NCBI GenBank assembly: GCA_963816355.1
Contig: CAWFKH010000003.1
Span: 1,600,001-1,664,000, forward strand
Length of the DNA: 64,000 nucleotides
Reading direction: 5' to 3'
From: an uncultured Gemmatimonadales bacterium
GTDB taxonomy: Bacteria; Gemmatimonadota; Gemmatimonadetes; Longimicrobiales; RSA9
The notes under the pieces are model-generated. The model saw only the letters and a program-made list of their open reading frames with translations. It made no database searches and was not told where the DNA came from. A program made the translations under genes and the position numbers. Positions 1-9,486 of this stretch are shown one piece after another (positions within the stretch are counted from its first letter, which is position 1; every line of letters starts with the position of its first letter).

Positions 1-563
1 GCGTAGTACGTCTCGGCGAGTCCCACCTGCGCGTCCGGCGCGAGCGGACTGTCCTGGTGCTGCTGGACGATCTCCTCGAACGCCCGCCGGGCCGTGCCGG
101 TCGCCCCTCGCTGCAGGTTGTCGCTGCCGATGCGGTAGAGCTGCTCCACCTCTCCGGCCGCTTCCGGCGTCGCCGCGCCGGAGTCCGGCGCCGGCGCGGT
201 CAACCGGGTAAGCCGCTGCGTCATCTGGTCCTGCAGTTCCGACAGGCGGCGCTGACTCTGCCCCGTCAGCTCCTGGATCTGCAGGTGCTGCTGCTCGAGC
301 TGCGCCAGCTCGTTGCCGAGGTCGCCGCGCAACCGCATGAGCAGGTCCGTGATGCCGCGAATGCTGTCGCCCAGCGCGCGGCTCTCCATGCGCAGCGCCG
401 CCGCCGTCGAGTCCTGGTGGGCGCGCAACCGCACGATCTCGTCGCGCAGGTCGCGCACGTCCCGCTTCGTCGCGCAGCCGGCGAGCGGCGCGAGCGCGAG
501 CAGCGCAAGCGCCGCCCGCGCGCGTGGCCGCGCGATGCGCGAGTCGATTCGATGAGCGCGCAT
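1..563 (-). CDS. cpoB: Tol-Pal-associated CpoB/YbgF-like lipoprotein (3' end runs off window)
   Basis: Not in ORF track. ATG at 563 after GAGGAGG; MRAHRIDS..ALLALAPLAGC lipobox, then coiled-coil (DLRDEIVRLR, ELAQLEQQHLQIQEL); directly downstream of pal. Confidence 0.8.
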   Translation of the reverse strand, partial: MRAHRIDSRIARPRARAALALLALAPLAGCATKRDVRDLRDEIVRLRAHQDSTAAALRMESRALGDSIRGITDLLMRLRGDLGNELAQLEQQHLQIQELTGQSQRRLSELQDQMTQRLTRLTAPAPDSGAATPEAAGEVEQLYRIGSDNLQRGATGTARRAFEEIVQQHQDSPLAPDAQVGLAETYY

Positions 564-580
564 CGTCGATCGCCTCCTCG

Positions 581-1156
581 TCAGTTGCCGGACGGCATCA
601 GGCTCGACGCGCCCGCGATGATCTCGAACTCATCGCGCCGGTTCTGCCGCCACGCATCCTCGTCATGGCCCTGCGCGATCGGCCGTTCCTCGCCGAAGCT
701 GACCGTCTCGAAGCGCGCGGCATCCAGGCCGTAGTTCGTCAGGTAGTCCTTCGCCGCGTTCGCCCGCCGCATGCCGAGCGCCAGGTTGTACTCGACCGAG
801 CCGCGCTCGTCCGCGTTCCCGGCGATGCGCAGCTTGATCTCCGGGTGCGCGCGCAGAACGTCGATCTTCTGCGTCAGCGTCTGCTGCGCCGAAGACGTGA
901 TCGTCGACTCGTCGTAGTCGAAGTGAATCATCGCGGTCAGCGCCTCCCGCGCCGCCTCCGCCTTCGCGCGCGCCGCCTCCGCCGCACGGCGCCGAGCCTC
1001 TTCCTCCGCCGCGCGACGACGCGCATCCAGCTCCGCCTGCCCCGCCGAGTCGTTCTGCACCGTCTGCGGCGCCGGCGGCTCCGGCTTCTTCTTCGAGCAC
1101 GCGCCGACCGCCACCGTGGCGAACAGCGCTCCGACGACCATCCTGCGAGCAACCAT
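581..1156 (-). CDS. pal: Peptidoglycan-associated lipoprotein Pal (OmpA family)
   Basis: Start re-picked at MVARR after GGAGGAGG; VGAC lipobox; IHFDYD, GNADERGSVEYNLALGMRRA, NRR motifs. Confidence 0.95.
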   Translation of the reverse strand: MVARRMVVGALFATVAVGACSKKKPEPPAPQTVQNDSAGQAELDARRRAAEEEARRRAAEAARAKAEAAREALTAMIHFDYDESTITSSAQQTLTQKIDVLRAHPEIKLRIAGNADERGSVEYNLALGMRRANAAKDYLTNYGLDAARFETVSFGEERPIAQGHDEDAWRQNRRDEFEIIAGASSLMPSGN

Positions 1157-1197
1157 CGATCCTCCTCCTGACGCGGGAATTCGGCCGGCGGGCTGCG

Positions 1198-2544
1198 TCA
1201 CCCGCCGAAGGTGAGATGCGAAGCCGTCATCAACTCCGGCGACCAGTCGGGCAACTCGAAGCGACCGCCGACGGCGAGGGGCCGCAGACGACCGGTCACG
1301 CTGTCGATGACGTAGAGGCCCCAGCGTCCGTCGCGCTGCCCGGAGAAGACGATATGCCGGCCGTCCGGGGCCCAGCTCGGGTCCTCGCTGACGCCGTCGT
1401 CGGTGATCTGCTGCACCGTCGCGCCCGGCTTCGACGCGTCCGCCACCATGATCTGGAGATTGCCCCGCGAGCGGCCGTGGAACGTCACCAGCGTCCCGAT
1501 CGGCGACCAGTCGGGCGAAGTGTAGTAGCCGGGCTCCCCATAGACAAACGGCGACAGCAGCGTCGGCTCGCCGCCGGCGGCGGGCATCACGTAGATGTGC
1601 GGCTGACCCAGGCGGCTCGAGTTGAAGAGCAGACGGCTGCCGTCGGGCGAATAGGAGGGCGACAGGTCGTCGCGCCCGCCGTTCGTCAGCCGCTTCACGC
1701 AGCAATCCCGCGCCGCATCGAACGAGTAGACCCGGGCGCCCCCGGCGTCGTAGCGCGCGTAAGCAATGTGGCTGCCGTCGGGCGCGTAGACCGGCGTCAT
1801 CAGCAGGCCCGCCGACTGCGTCACGACCGAGCTCTTCCCGTCGTCGAGCGAGAGCTCGAGGATCCGCGAGCGGGCGCCGTCGAACTCGGAATAGAGGATG
1901 CGCCGCCCCTCCGGGCCCCAGTTCGGCGAGAAGAGCATCGCCTTGCCCGTGGCGAGCCGCCGCAGGTTCTCGCCATCCGAATCGACGATCATGAGCTCGT
2001 CGGCGCCGCCGCTGCCGCCCTTGCGTCGGAAGACGATGCGCGAGGCGGCGTCGCCCGGCTGCCCCGTCGCCCAGCGCACGACCTCGTCGGCGGCGGCGTG
2101 GACCGACATGCGGAAATCCGCGTCGTCGGCCGCCGGCAGGGCGAAGCTCTGGATCTCCTTCACCTTGCCGTAGACGACGTCGTGCAGCGCGAGCCGAAGC
2201 GCGTAGCCCCGCGGCGACGGCTGTACCTGCGCCGTCACCAGGTACACCACGCCGAGGTCGTTCCACGCCTTGTAATCGACCGCGCCGGTGGCCAGGCCGG
2301 CGGGCGTCGCCGCCATCTCGAAGTGGTCGCTGTAGTCGAGGTCGCGCTGCAGGATGTCGTAGATGCGCGAGCCCACGTCCTGCGCCATCCCCTGCGCCTC
2401 GACCGGGCGCACCGCCACGCGCGGCCGGTACCCGGTCTGGTAGATGAAGCCGAGCTTCACTCCCGAGGGGATCTTGTTCTCCTGCGCCACAAGCGGCACC
2501 GCCAGCAACAGCGCCAGCACCGCACCGATCCTCAACCGCAGCAT
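1198..2544 (-). CDS. tolB: TolB beta-propeller periplasmic protein
   Basis: Signal peptide MLRLRIGAVLALLLAVPLVA; repeated PxWSPDG-type (PD40) motifs; between tolA and pal. Confidence 0.92.
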   Translation of the reverse strand: MLRLRIGAVLALLLAVPLVAQENKIPSGVKLGFIYQTGYRPRVAVRPVEAQGMAQDVGSRIYDILQRDLDYSDHFEMAATPAGLATGAVDYKAWNDLGVVYLVTAQVQPSPRGYALRLALHDVVYGKVKEIQSFALPAADDADFRMSVHAAADEVVRWATGQPGDAASRIVFRRKGGSGGADELMIVDSDGENLRRLATGKAMLFSPNWGPEGRRILYSEFDGARSRILELSLDDGKSSVVTQSAGLLMTPVYAPDGSHIAYARYDAGGARVYSFDAARDCCVKRLTNGGRDDLSPSYSPDGSRLLFNSSRLGQPHIYVMPAAGGEPTLLSPFVYGEPGYYTSPDWSPIGTLVTFHGRSRGNLQIMVADASKPGATVQQITDDGVSEDPSWAPDGRHIVFSGQRDGRWGLYVIDSVTGRLRPLAVGGRFELPDWSPELMTASHLTFGG

Positions 2545-2618
2545 TCCGTTCCTTTCTGCTCGACCACGGGCCGTGCGAGGCCCGGCTTCTCCCGCGAAAA
2601 CGCGCCCACCCCGCGTGT

Positions 2619-3326
2619 TCAGCGCGGCGTGTCGATATAGAAGCTGACGGGAAGTCGGTCTCCCTGGAACCCCTTCGGGAGCGGACCGAACGCCCCCCGC
2701 TTCCCCGCCACTTCCACCGCGCCCAGCGCCTGATAGTCGTACTCCCGGTTCCCGGAGCTCGTCCCGATCCGGATGTCGCTCACCGAGCCGTCGCGGTGGA
2801 TCACGAAGTACACCTCCGTCCGCAGGCCCGCCGCCCCCTCCCACCGGAAGTACCGCCGCACCTGCACGATGATGTTCTCCAGGTACCCCGGGTAGGCAAA
2901 CTCCTCGCCCTCCAGCTTCACGTTCAGGTCCTCGCCACCCGCGCTGTGCGCGTCCGGCCGCGGCCCCGTCGTCTCGTGCGGCTTCTCATCCTTCGCGCTC
3001 GCCTTCGGCGCCGCCGCCTTCTTCTCCGGCTGCGGCTTCGGCTTCGGCGGCGCGGGCACCGCCTTCGTCGCTTTCTTCTCCGGCTCCGGCTTCGGCTTCT
3101 CCGGCTCCGGCTCCGGCTTCTCCGGCTTCGCCTCCGGCGCGGCCGCCGCCGGCGCCGTCGGCCCGCGCTGTCGCGGGGGCGGCGAGTAGATGCTGACGCG
3201 GTAGACGCGCATCGGCGGCGACGCCGGCCGCGCCTGCGCGCTCGCGACCAGGCCCGCGGCGACGACGACGTGCAGTGCGATCGAGGCGAAGACCGCCCCG
3301 CGACCGGGACCGCCGGACGTGCTCAC
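2619..3326 (-). CDS. tolA: TolA/TonB-family energy transducer
   Basis: N-terminal TM with SIALH (SxxxH), Pro/Glu/Lys-rich linker, TonB_C-like domain (SSGNREYD, FGPLP); tol operon position. Confidence 0.8.
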   Translation of the reverse strand: MSTSGGPGRGAVFASIALHVVVAAGLVASAQARPASPPMRVYRVSIYSPPPRQRGPTAPAAAAPEAKPEKPEPEPEKPKPEPEKKATKAVPAPPKPKPQPEKKAAAPKASAKDEKPHETTGPRPDAHSAGGEDLNVKLEGEEFAYPGYLENIIVQVRRYFRWEGAAGLRTEVYFVIHRDGSVSDIRIGTSSGNREYDYQALGAVEVAGKRGAFGPLPKGFQGDRLPVSFYIDTPR

Positions 3327-3736
3327 CGGTGCTCCAGCTCCGGGTCCGCGACCAGCCCGACCTCCGTCACGTCGAGCTGCTTCATCACCCCGATCACGCG
3401 CAGCACGTCGCCGTACGGCACCCGCGCGTCTCCCTTCACGTACGCGCTCTTCACGCTCTTGCGACGCACGTAGTCCGGGAAGAGGCGGCGGAAGTCATCG
3501 ATCGACGTCGTCGGGACGTCGCCGATGTAGATGCTGCCGTCCTGGCGGACCGTCACGATCACCCCCTCCGACGAGGTGATCGGCGCCGCCGGCGCCTTCG
3601 GCAGCTGCACCTCCACGCCGCCCTGCAGGATCGGCGCGGTGATGATGAAGATGACGAGCAGCGTGAACGCGACGTCGACGAGGCTCGTCACGTTCACGTC
3701 CGCCGAGAGCGGAAGCCCGCGCTTGCGGCGCGCCAT
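3323..3736 (-). CDS. tolR: TolR/ExbD
   Basis: NVTSLVDVAFTLLVIFIITAP; KGDARVPYGDV. Confidence 0.92.
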   Translation of the reverse strand: MARRKRGLPLSADVNVTSLVDVAFTLLVIFIITAPILQGGVEVQLPKAPAAPITSSEGVIVTVRQDGSIYIGDVPTTSIDDFRRLFPDYVRRKSVKSAYVKGDARVPYGDVLRVIGVMKQLDVTEVGLVADPELEHR

Positions 3737-3761
3737 CAGCGGCCCCCGCCCGCCGCGGCCC

Positions 3762-4484
3762 TCACAGCCGCCCCTCGCGTGCCAGGGTGCCGATGAACTC
3801 GCTCGCGAAGCCCTCCAGCTCGCCGCTGAAGAAGTTGAGTCGGCTGACGAAGTAGTTGTACCCGATCACCGCCGGAATGGCGACGGTCAGGCCCGCTACC
3901 GTCGTGACCAGCGCCTCGGCGACCCCGGGAGCGACGGCGCTGATGTTGGCGCTTCCCGTCGCGCTGATGCCGATGAACGCCTCCATCACGCCGATCACCG
4001 TGCCGAGCAGGCCGAGCAGCGGTGAGACCGTCCCGATCACGGCGAGCCAGGCGACGCCGCCGGACAGCGCGTCGTGCTCCTCCGACTGCTCCTTCTCCAG
4101 CACCAGCCGCAGCGCCTGCAACTGCGCCTCCGAGAGCCCCGCCGTCGGCGCCGCCTGCTCGCGCAGCGCGCCCGGCCGCAGCTCGCTGAAGAAGTTGATG
4201 CCGCGGCGGAAGACGCGGCTATAGGCGGAGTCCCGCAGCGCGACGACGGTGCGGTAGACGTCCTCGAGCCGCTGCGAGCGCTCGAGCGCGCCGAGGAACT
4301 CGACCCCCTGCCGCTTCAGCCGCCGGAACTGCGCGAGCTTCCAGAAGATGATGATCCAGCTCGCGAGGGAGAAGAACGCCAGCACCCCGATGATGATCTG
4401 TGTCGAGAGGCCGCCGCTGAGGATCATCTGCACCGCGCTCGGCCTCACCCCCTGCCCCGCCTGGACCGCCGCCACCGGATTCAC
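3762..4484 (-). CDS. tolQ: TolQ/ExbB proton channel
   Basis: GTG start overlaps upstream TGA; SPLLGLLGTVIGVMEAF, VAPGVAEALVTTVAGL. Confidence 0.92.
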   Translation of the reverse strand: MNPVAAVQAGQGVRPSAVQMILSGGLSTQIIIGVLAFFSLASWIIIFWKLAQFRRLKRQGVEFLGALERSQRLEDVYRTVVALRDSAYSRVFRRGINFFSELRPGALREQAAPTAGLSEAQLQALRLVLEKEQSEEHDALSGGVAWLAVIGTVSPLLGLLGTVIGVMEAFIGISATGSANISAVAPGVAEALVTTVAGLTVAIPAVIGYNYFVSRLNFFSGELEGFASEFIGTLAREGRL

Positions 4485-5440
4485 GTCGCCGCCCCCCGCT
4501 CCGCAATGAAGTCGTACGTCCGCCGCAGCCCCGCCTCGAGCGAGGTCGCCGGCGCCCAGCCCAGACCGGTCAGTTTCGTCACGTCCAGAGAAGAGCGCCG
4601 CAACTCGCCCTTCCGTTCCGGCGCCGTCCGCAGCGGCACCCGCCGCCCCGCCACCGCCATCAGCGCCTCCGCCAGCTCCAGCACGCTCGTCTCGCGACCC
4701 GTCCCCACGTTGTACGCGGCCGCGTCGATCCCCGCCTCCTCGCCCGTTGCGGCGTCCGTGAGCGCGAGGTTCGCCGCGACGACGTCGCCCACGTAGACGT
4801 AGTCCCGCGTCTGCGTGCCGTCGCCGTAGACGACGAGCGGCTCGCCGGCCAGCAGCCGCTGGCTGAAGATCGCGACCACGCCCGCCTCGCCGTGCGGGTC
4901 CTGTCGCGGCCCGAACACGTTGGAGTAGCGCAGCGCCACGCTCCGCAGCCCGTGCACCCGGCGGTAGTAGTGGAGGTAGTGCTCCGCGGCCAGCTTCGCG
5001 ACACCGTACGGCGAGAGCGGCGCCTTCGCGGCGGTCTCCGGCGTCGGCGTCGCCTCCGGCTCGCCGTACACGACGCCGCCCGACGACACGAAGACGAGGC
5101 GCCCCACGCGGTGCCGGCGGGCGCATTCGAGCACGTTCAGCAGCCCGTCGACGTTCGTCGCCGCGTCGGCCCGCGGGTCGGCGACCGAGCGCCGCACGTC
5201 GATCTGCGCCGCGTGGTGGTTGACGACGTCGAAGCCGCCCACGTCCCCGAACAGCTCCTCGAGCGCCGCGTCGCCGATCTCCATACGCACGAACTCGGCC
5301 CCCGCCGGCACGTTCTCGCGCCGACCGGAGGAGAGGTCGTCGACGATCCACACGGCGTCGCCACGCGAGAGGTAGGCATCGGCGACGTGGCTCCCGATGA
5401 AGCCGGCGCCTCCCGTGACCAGCACCCGTCTAGCGGCCAT
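4481..5440 (-). CDS. NAD-dependent epimerase/dehydratase (GalE-like extended SDR)
   Basis: TGGAGFIGSH, YGVAK (YxxxK), LRYSNVFGPRQDPHGEAGV. Confidence 0.92.
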   Translation of the reverse strand: MAARRVLVTGGAGFIGSHVADAYLSRGDAVWIVDDLSSGRRENVPAGAEFVRMEIGDAALEELFGDVGGFDVVNHHAAQIDVRRSVADPRADAATNVDGLLNVLECARRHRVGRLVFVSSGGVVYGEPEATPTPETAAKAPLSPYGVAKLAAEHYLHYYRRVHGLRSVALRYSNVFGPRQDPHGEAGVVAIFSQRLLAGEPLVVYGDGTQTRDYVYVGDVVAANLALTDAATGEEAGIDAAAYNVGTGRETSVLELAEALMAVAGRRVPLRTAPERKGELRRSSLDVTKLTGLGWAPATSLEAGLRRTYDFIAERGAAT

Positions 5441-6863
5441 CCGCCCCCGTCTGCGTGGCCGCCTCCGGTACGATCGGCTCTTCCTGCGACCCCGCCACCT
5501 CGCCGCCCTCTTCCGCCTCGCCGCTCTCCGGCGCTCCGCCGTCCGCCGCCGCGCCGGCCGCCTGCAGCTCGAACAGGTAGCGCGCCGCGTCCAGCACCGA
5601 CACGCCGCGGCCGTTGCTCGCCGCCTCGCGCAACTTCACGGTGGGCGCGTGCAGCACCTTGTTCAGGAGCTGCCGGGTGAGCACATCGACCGCTTCCCGG
5701 TCCTTCTCGGAGAGGTGCGGCAGCTTCGCCAGCGCACGCTCAACCTCGCTTCGCCGCACCGCCTCGACGCTGCCGCGCAGCGCCTGGATCACCGGCACGA
5801 CCGCCAACGAGGCACGCCATGAGACGAACTCCTCGACCGCGGCCGCGACGATCGCCTCCGACGCAGCGATCTCCGACTGCCGCCGCTCGAGGTTCGACGT
5901 GACGATGTGCTGCAGATCGTCAATGTCGTAGAGGAAGACGTTGTCGATGTCGCCGACCGCGGGATCGACGTCGCGGGGCAGCGCCATGTCGATGATGAAG
6001 AGCGGCCGCAGCGGACCGTTCGGAAGCGCGCGCAGCACCACCTCGCGCGTCAGCACCGGCGCCGGCGAGGCGGTGGCGGTGGCGATGATGTCGACGGAGG
6101 CGAGCACCGACCCCAGCTCCTCCATCCCGACCGCCGTGCCGCCGACCCGCGCCGCCACCTCCGCGGCGCGCGATTCGGTGCGGTTCGCCACGATCATCCC
6201 CTTCACGCCCTCGCCGCGCAGGCACTCCAGCGTCAGCTCGCTCATCTCGCCCGCGCCGAGAACCATGGCGCGCCGTCCGCGCAGTGGGCCGAAGATCTTG
6301 CGCGCGAGCTCGACGGCGGCAGACGGCACGGACGCGGCGCCGGTCCCGAGGGCGGTCTCGCTGCGGACGCGGCCGCCCACCGCGAGCGCGCTCTGGAAGA
6401 GGCGGGACAGCACCGGCCCGACGACCTGCGGCTCCCCCACCTCCGCGGCCTGCTCGTACGCGTCGCGGACCTGCCCCTGGATCTGCGCCTCGCCCAGGAT
6501 CATCGAGTCCAGGCTCGACGCGACGCGGAAGAGGTGTCGCGCCGCGTCCCGGTCCAGCCGGCAGTAGAAGTGGCCCGACGCTTCAGCCGCGTTCATTCCC
6601 GCACCCGCCGCCAGCGGTGGAATCGCGATTTCGCGCGGATCGGCCGAGCCCGGCAGCAGCAGATAGAACTCCGTCCGGTTGCACGTGGTCAGCAGGACGG
6701 CCTCGCGCGCCCCCGCCACCGTCGTCGCCTCGATCAGGATGCGACGCGTCTCCGATGGCGTGCGCGCGAAGCGCTCGCGCACCTCGATCGGGGCGGTGTG
6801 GTGGCTGATCCCCACCACCGCCAGCGTGAGCGGGCTCGCCGGGCTAGAAGAAGAGCCGGCCAT
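5430..6863 (-). CDS. hemA: Glutamyl-tRNA reductase
   Basis: TCNRTE catalytic motif, SLDSMILGEAQIQGQ, GAGEM. Confidence 0.97.
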   Translation of the reverse strand: MAGSSSSPASPLTLAVVGISHHTAPIEVRERFARTPSETRRILIEATTVAGAREAVLLTTCNRTEFYLLLPGSADPREIAIPPLAAGAGMNAAEASGHFYCRLDRDAARHLFRVASSLDSMILGEAQIQGQVRDAYEQAAEVGEPQVVGPVLSRLFQSALAVGGRVRSETALGTGAASVPSAAVELARKIFGPLRGRRAMVLGAGEMSELTLECLRGEGVKGMIVANRTESRAAEVAARVGGTAVGMEELGSVLASVDIIATATASPAPVLTREVVLRALPNGPLRPLFIIDMALPRDVDPAVGDIDNVFLYDIDDLQHIVTSNLERRQSEIAASEAIVAAAVEEFVSWRASLAVVPVIQALRGSVEAVRRSEVERALAKLPHLSEKDREAVDVLTRQLLNKVLHAPTVKLREAASNGRGVSVLDAARYLFELQAAGAAADGGAPESGEAEEGGEVAGSQEEPIVPEAATQTGADGR

Positions 6864-7671
6864 CCGCCACCGAAAGACGAAGCACGAGATAGGCCACGAC
6901 GACGACGACGAAGCCGAGCACGCTCGCGACCGCGCCGCGCCGCGTCCGCTTCGCGTCGCCGTAGCGCGCGGCGATGGCGACGACGAAGACGAGCCACGTC
7001 AGCACGCTCCACACGATCTTGGGGTCGGTCGCCGCGATCGAGTGCCGGAAGCGCACCGTCCACGCCCACCCGAGCGCGAGGCCGAGCGACAGTGTGGGGA
7101 AGCCGACGAGCAGCGCGCGTCGGCCGAGGCGGTCGAGCGTCTCCAGCGACGGCAGGAAACGGAACCAGCGGCCGAAGTTCTTCGCCTTCAGCTCGTGGAA
7201 CTGGATCAAGTAGAGCAGGCCGGCGGCGAACGCGACCGCCAGCGAGGCGTTGCCGACGAACGCGAGCATCACGTGCGCCGTGAACCACACTCCGCGGAAC
7301 GCGAGCGGCTCGCGCGCCGGCACGATTCCGAGCACCACCGCGATCCCCAGCACCACCGCCGCGAGCGGCGCCAGCACCAGGCCGACCGGCCGCACCTCGT
7401 CGCGCGCCGCCGCCGCCGGCACGAGGAAGACGCCCACCAGGAAGGCGAACGTCGACAGCGACGGACCCAGACCCACCAGCGGCGGCTCGCCGAAGTGCTG
7501 GGTGAAGACGGCCAGCGCCGCCGCGTGCACCACCACCGCGCCCACCACCAGCACGGCGCCGAGCCGCGGCGAGCCGCTCCGGCCACCCGCCAGCGACGCG
7601 ATCAGCACGCCCGCGGCCCCGGCGTAGAGCACCAGCGCGACCCCATGCAGCAGCGTGACCATCGTCGTCAC
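6844..7671 (-). CDS. CcsA/HemX-family cytochrome c assembly membrane protein
   Basis: About 8 TM segments, conserved His (AHVMLA), LPSLETLD, DPKIVWS; overlaps hemA as in known ccsA-hemA pairs. Confidence 0.85.
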   Translation of the reverse strand: MTTMVTLLHGVALVLYAGAAGVLIASLAGGRSGSPRLGAVLVVGAVVVHAAALAVFTQHFGEPPLVGLGPSLSTFAFLVGVFLVPAAAARDEVRPVGLVLAPLAAVVLGIAVVLGIVPAREPLAFRGVWFTAHVMLAFVGNASLAVAFAAGLLYLIQFHELKAKNFGRWFRFLPSLETLDRLGRRALLVGFPTLSLGLALGWAWTVRFRHSIAATDPKIVWSVLTWLVFVVAIAARYGDAKRTRRGAVASVLGFVVVVVAYLVLRLSVADGRLFF

Positions 7672-9065
7672 CGGATCCTTCGAACGATGCGTACGGGCAG
7701 GCCGGGGCGCAGCGACGCCTCCGACACCGCGATTACCCGCGCCGTCGCCCCGCGGTCCGTCACGCGCACCACGCGCAGCCGCGCCAGCTCCGCCAGCGGC
7801 GCGGCGCCATCGCCGCGCTGCGCCGGCGCTTCGTAGACCGCCAGCTCGTCGCCCACCGACACCCCCGCCGCGCCGCCGAGATCGACGAACGCGTCGTCGC
7901 CCAGCCGCTGCACCGGGTGCGACTCCTCGAAGCCGAGGATCGTCCCCGTTGCGCCCTCCGCGACCGGCTCCGTCTCCGTCGCCGAGAGGTCCGGCAGAGC
8001 AGGCGGCACGAGCGCCACGTCGGCCTCACCGACCGCGCGGTACTGCTGCTCGACCGTGGCGGTCAGCGTCTCGCCCCCGGCGTCGGTGACCCGCAGCAGC
8101 GCGCTCGGCGACCACGCGCGCCCATCGTCCCCCACCCGGCCGTCGATGCGCACCAGCAGCAGTGTGTCCCCCGCCGCCGGCCGTGCCGCGCCCGCGTACG
8201 TCAGGTAGATCGCGTCGTGCGGGTGCACCGTCGTCGTCGTCCCGAGCGTCGTCACCTGCGGCGCCCCCACCACACCGCCGTACCGCGCCACCACCCCCAC
8301 CGCCTCCCGCCCCGCCACCCACGGCGCGGAACGGTACTCGGCGGCGGTCACCAGCGGCCGCGACCGCGCCGCTTCCGGTACCGCCTCGGAAACGGGGCGC
8401 GGATAGAAGCGCGTGCGGCGCGATGCCGCGGCCGCGCCCACGGGCTTCGAAGCCCGCGGCGCTCCGGGTACCGTCCGCTCGGGACGGCGCGCGCCGGGCG
8501 TCGGCGGCCCCGGCCCCTCCGCAGGCGCCGCCCGCCCCGCCTGCGCGGGCCGTTCGCCGCCGCGCGCGGGGATCACCAGCCGCTGCCCCGGACGGATGCG
8601 GTCGGGCGCGGCGAGGAGCGCCCGGTTCGCGTCGAAGAGGAGGGGCCAGGCGTGCGGGTCGTGCAGGTAGCGCGCGGCGATCTCCCACAGCGTCTCGCCC
8701 GGCTGCACGACGTGCTCGGTCGGGGTCTGCCCGGACGCCTCGCCACCCGCCGCCGCCGCGGCCGCCGGAGCCGTGTGCACCACGATGCGCCCGCGGGGGG
8801 GGCGCCGTGCGCTGTCGGCGGCGGCGCCCGCGCTGTCGCGCTTCTGGATCGGCCGCACGCCGTGGGCCGTGTCCGGCACGCCCCGGATCGGCCGCACGCC
8901 GCGCACCGTGTCCGGCACGCCGCCGATCGGCGGCACTCCGTGCACGGTGTCGGGGGCGGGACGGACCGGCTGCTGGGCGCGCGCCGCCGCTGCGCACGCG
9001 AGGAGGGTGGAGGCGAGCACCGCCACCGCAAACCGCCGACGCCGACCGCGAAGCGGCACGCTCAC
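7668..9065 (-). CDS. Secreted LysM-domain protein with FlgT_C-like C-terminus (TsaP-like)
   Basis: GTG overlapping ssb stop; signal peptide ..LACAAAARA; LysM HVVQPGETLWEIAARYLHDPHAWPLLFDAN..PDRIRPGQRLVIP; C-terminal VDLGGAAGVSVGDELAVY. Confidence 0.75.
   Translation of the reverse strand: MSVPLRGRRRRFAVAVLASTLLACAAAARAQQPVRPAPDTVHGVPPIGGVPDTVRGVRPIRGVPDTAHGVRPIQKRDSAGAAADSARRPPRGRIVVHTAPAAAAAAGGEASGQTPTEHVVQPGETLWEIAARYLHDPHAWPLLFDANRALLAAPDRIRPGQRLVIPARGGERPAQAGRAAPAEGPGPPTPGARRPERTVPGAPRASKPVGAAAASRRTRFYPRPVSEAVPEAARSRPLVTAAEYRSAPWVAGREAVGVVARYGGVVGAPQVTTLGTTTTVHPHDAIYLTYAGAARPAAGDTLLLVRIDGRVGDDGRAWSPSALLRVTDAGGETLTATVEQQYRAVGEADVALVPPALPDLSATETEPVAEGATGTILGFEESHPVQRLGDDAFVDLGGAAGVSVGDELAVYEAPAQRGDGAAPLAELARLRVVRVTDRGATARVIAVSEASLRPGLPVRIVRRIR
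8846..8962. repeat. 39-bp tandem repeat x3 within the LysM gene
   Basis: Units at 8846, 8885, 8924 encode PDTVHGVPPIGGV / PDTVRGVRPIRGV / PDTAHGVRPIQ. Confidence 0.9.
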
Positions 9066-9466
9066 TCTGCTCCGGCGGCGGGGGGCCACGCCGCCCATGG
9101 CTGGAAGGGCTCCGCCTCGACCGCCTCGGCCGCCGCGGCGCCGAACGGAATGAGCTGCGCCGCGACCACCTCCGTCACGTGATGACGGCGGCCGGACCGG
9201 TCCTCCCAGCTGCGGTAGTCGAGCGACCCCTCGACGAAGACGCGCTCGCCCTTCCGGACCCGACGGCCCGCCTGCTCCGCGAGCGCGTCCCACGCGACGA
9301 CGCGGTGCCACTCCGTGCGCTCCGGCACGCCGCCGCCCGCGCCGCTCCGGCGGTGCGCCGTGGCGAGCGGGAAGGTGGCGATGCGGCGGCCGGAGGCGGT
9401 GGTCCGCACGTCCGGGTCCGCACCGGCGTTGCCGATCAACACGACGAGGTTGAGGCCGAAGGTCAT
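9062..9466 (-). CDS. ssb: Single-stranded DNA-binding protein (short, non-canonical tail)
   Basis: LNLVVLIGNAGADPDVR, TEWHRVVAW, KGERVFVEGSLDYRSWED. Confidence 0.92.
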   Translation of the reverse strand: MTFGLNLVVLIGNAGADPDVRTTASGRRIATFPLATAHRRSGAGGGVPERTEWHRVVAWDALAEQAGRRVRKGERVFVEGSLDYRSWEDRSGRRHHVTEVVAAQLIPFGAAAAEAVEAEPFQPWAAWPPAAGAE

Positions 9467-9486
9467 CAGCCGCTCGTAAGAGGCGT

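Noticed and set aside
581..2266. Extended N-termini in the ORF track (pal 561 aa; likewise tolQ, uvrB, wecB, rplD, rpmC and others)
   Set aside because: Extensions are out-of-frame overlaps of upstream genes; downstream starts have SD motifs or stop/start overlaps and match family N-termini
3020..3160. Short CCGGCT-type repeats
   Set aside because: They encode the ordinary Pro-Glu/Pro-Lys linker of TolA/TonB
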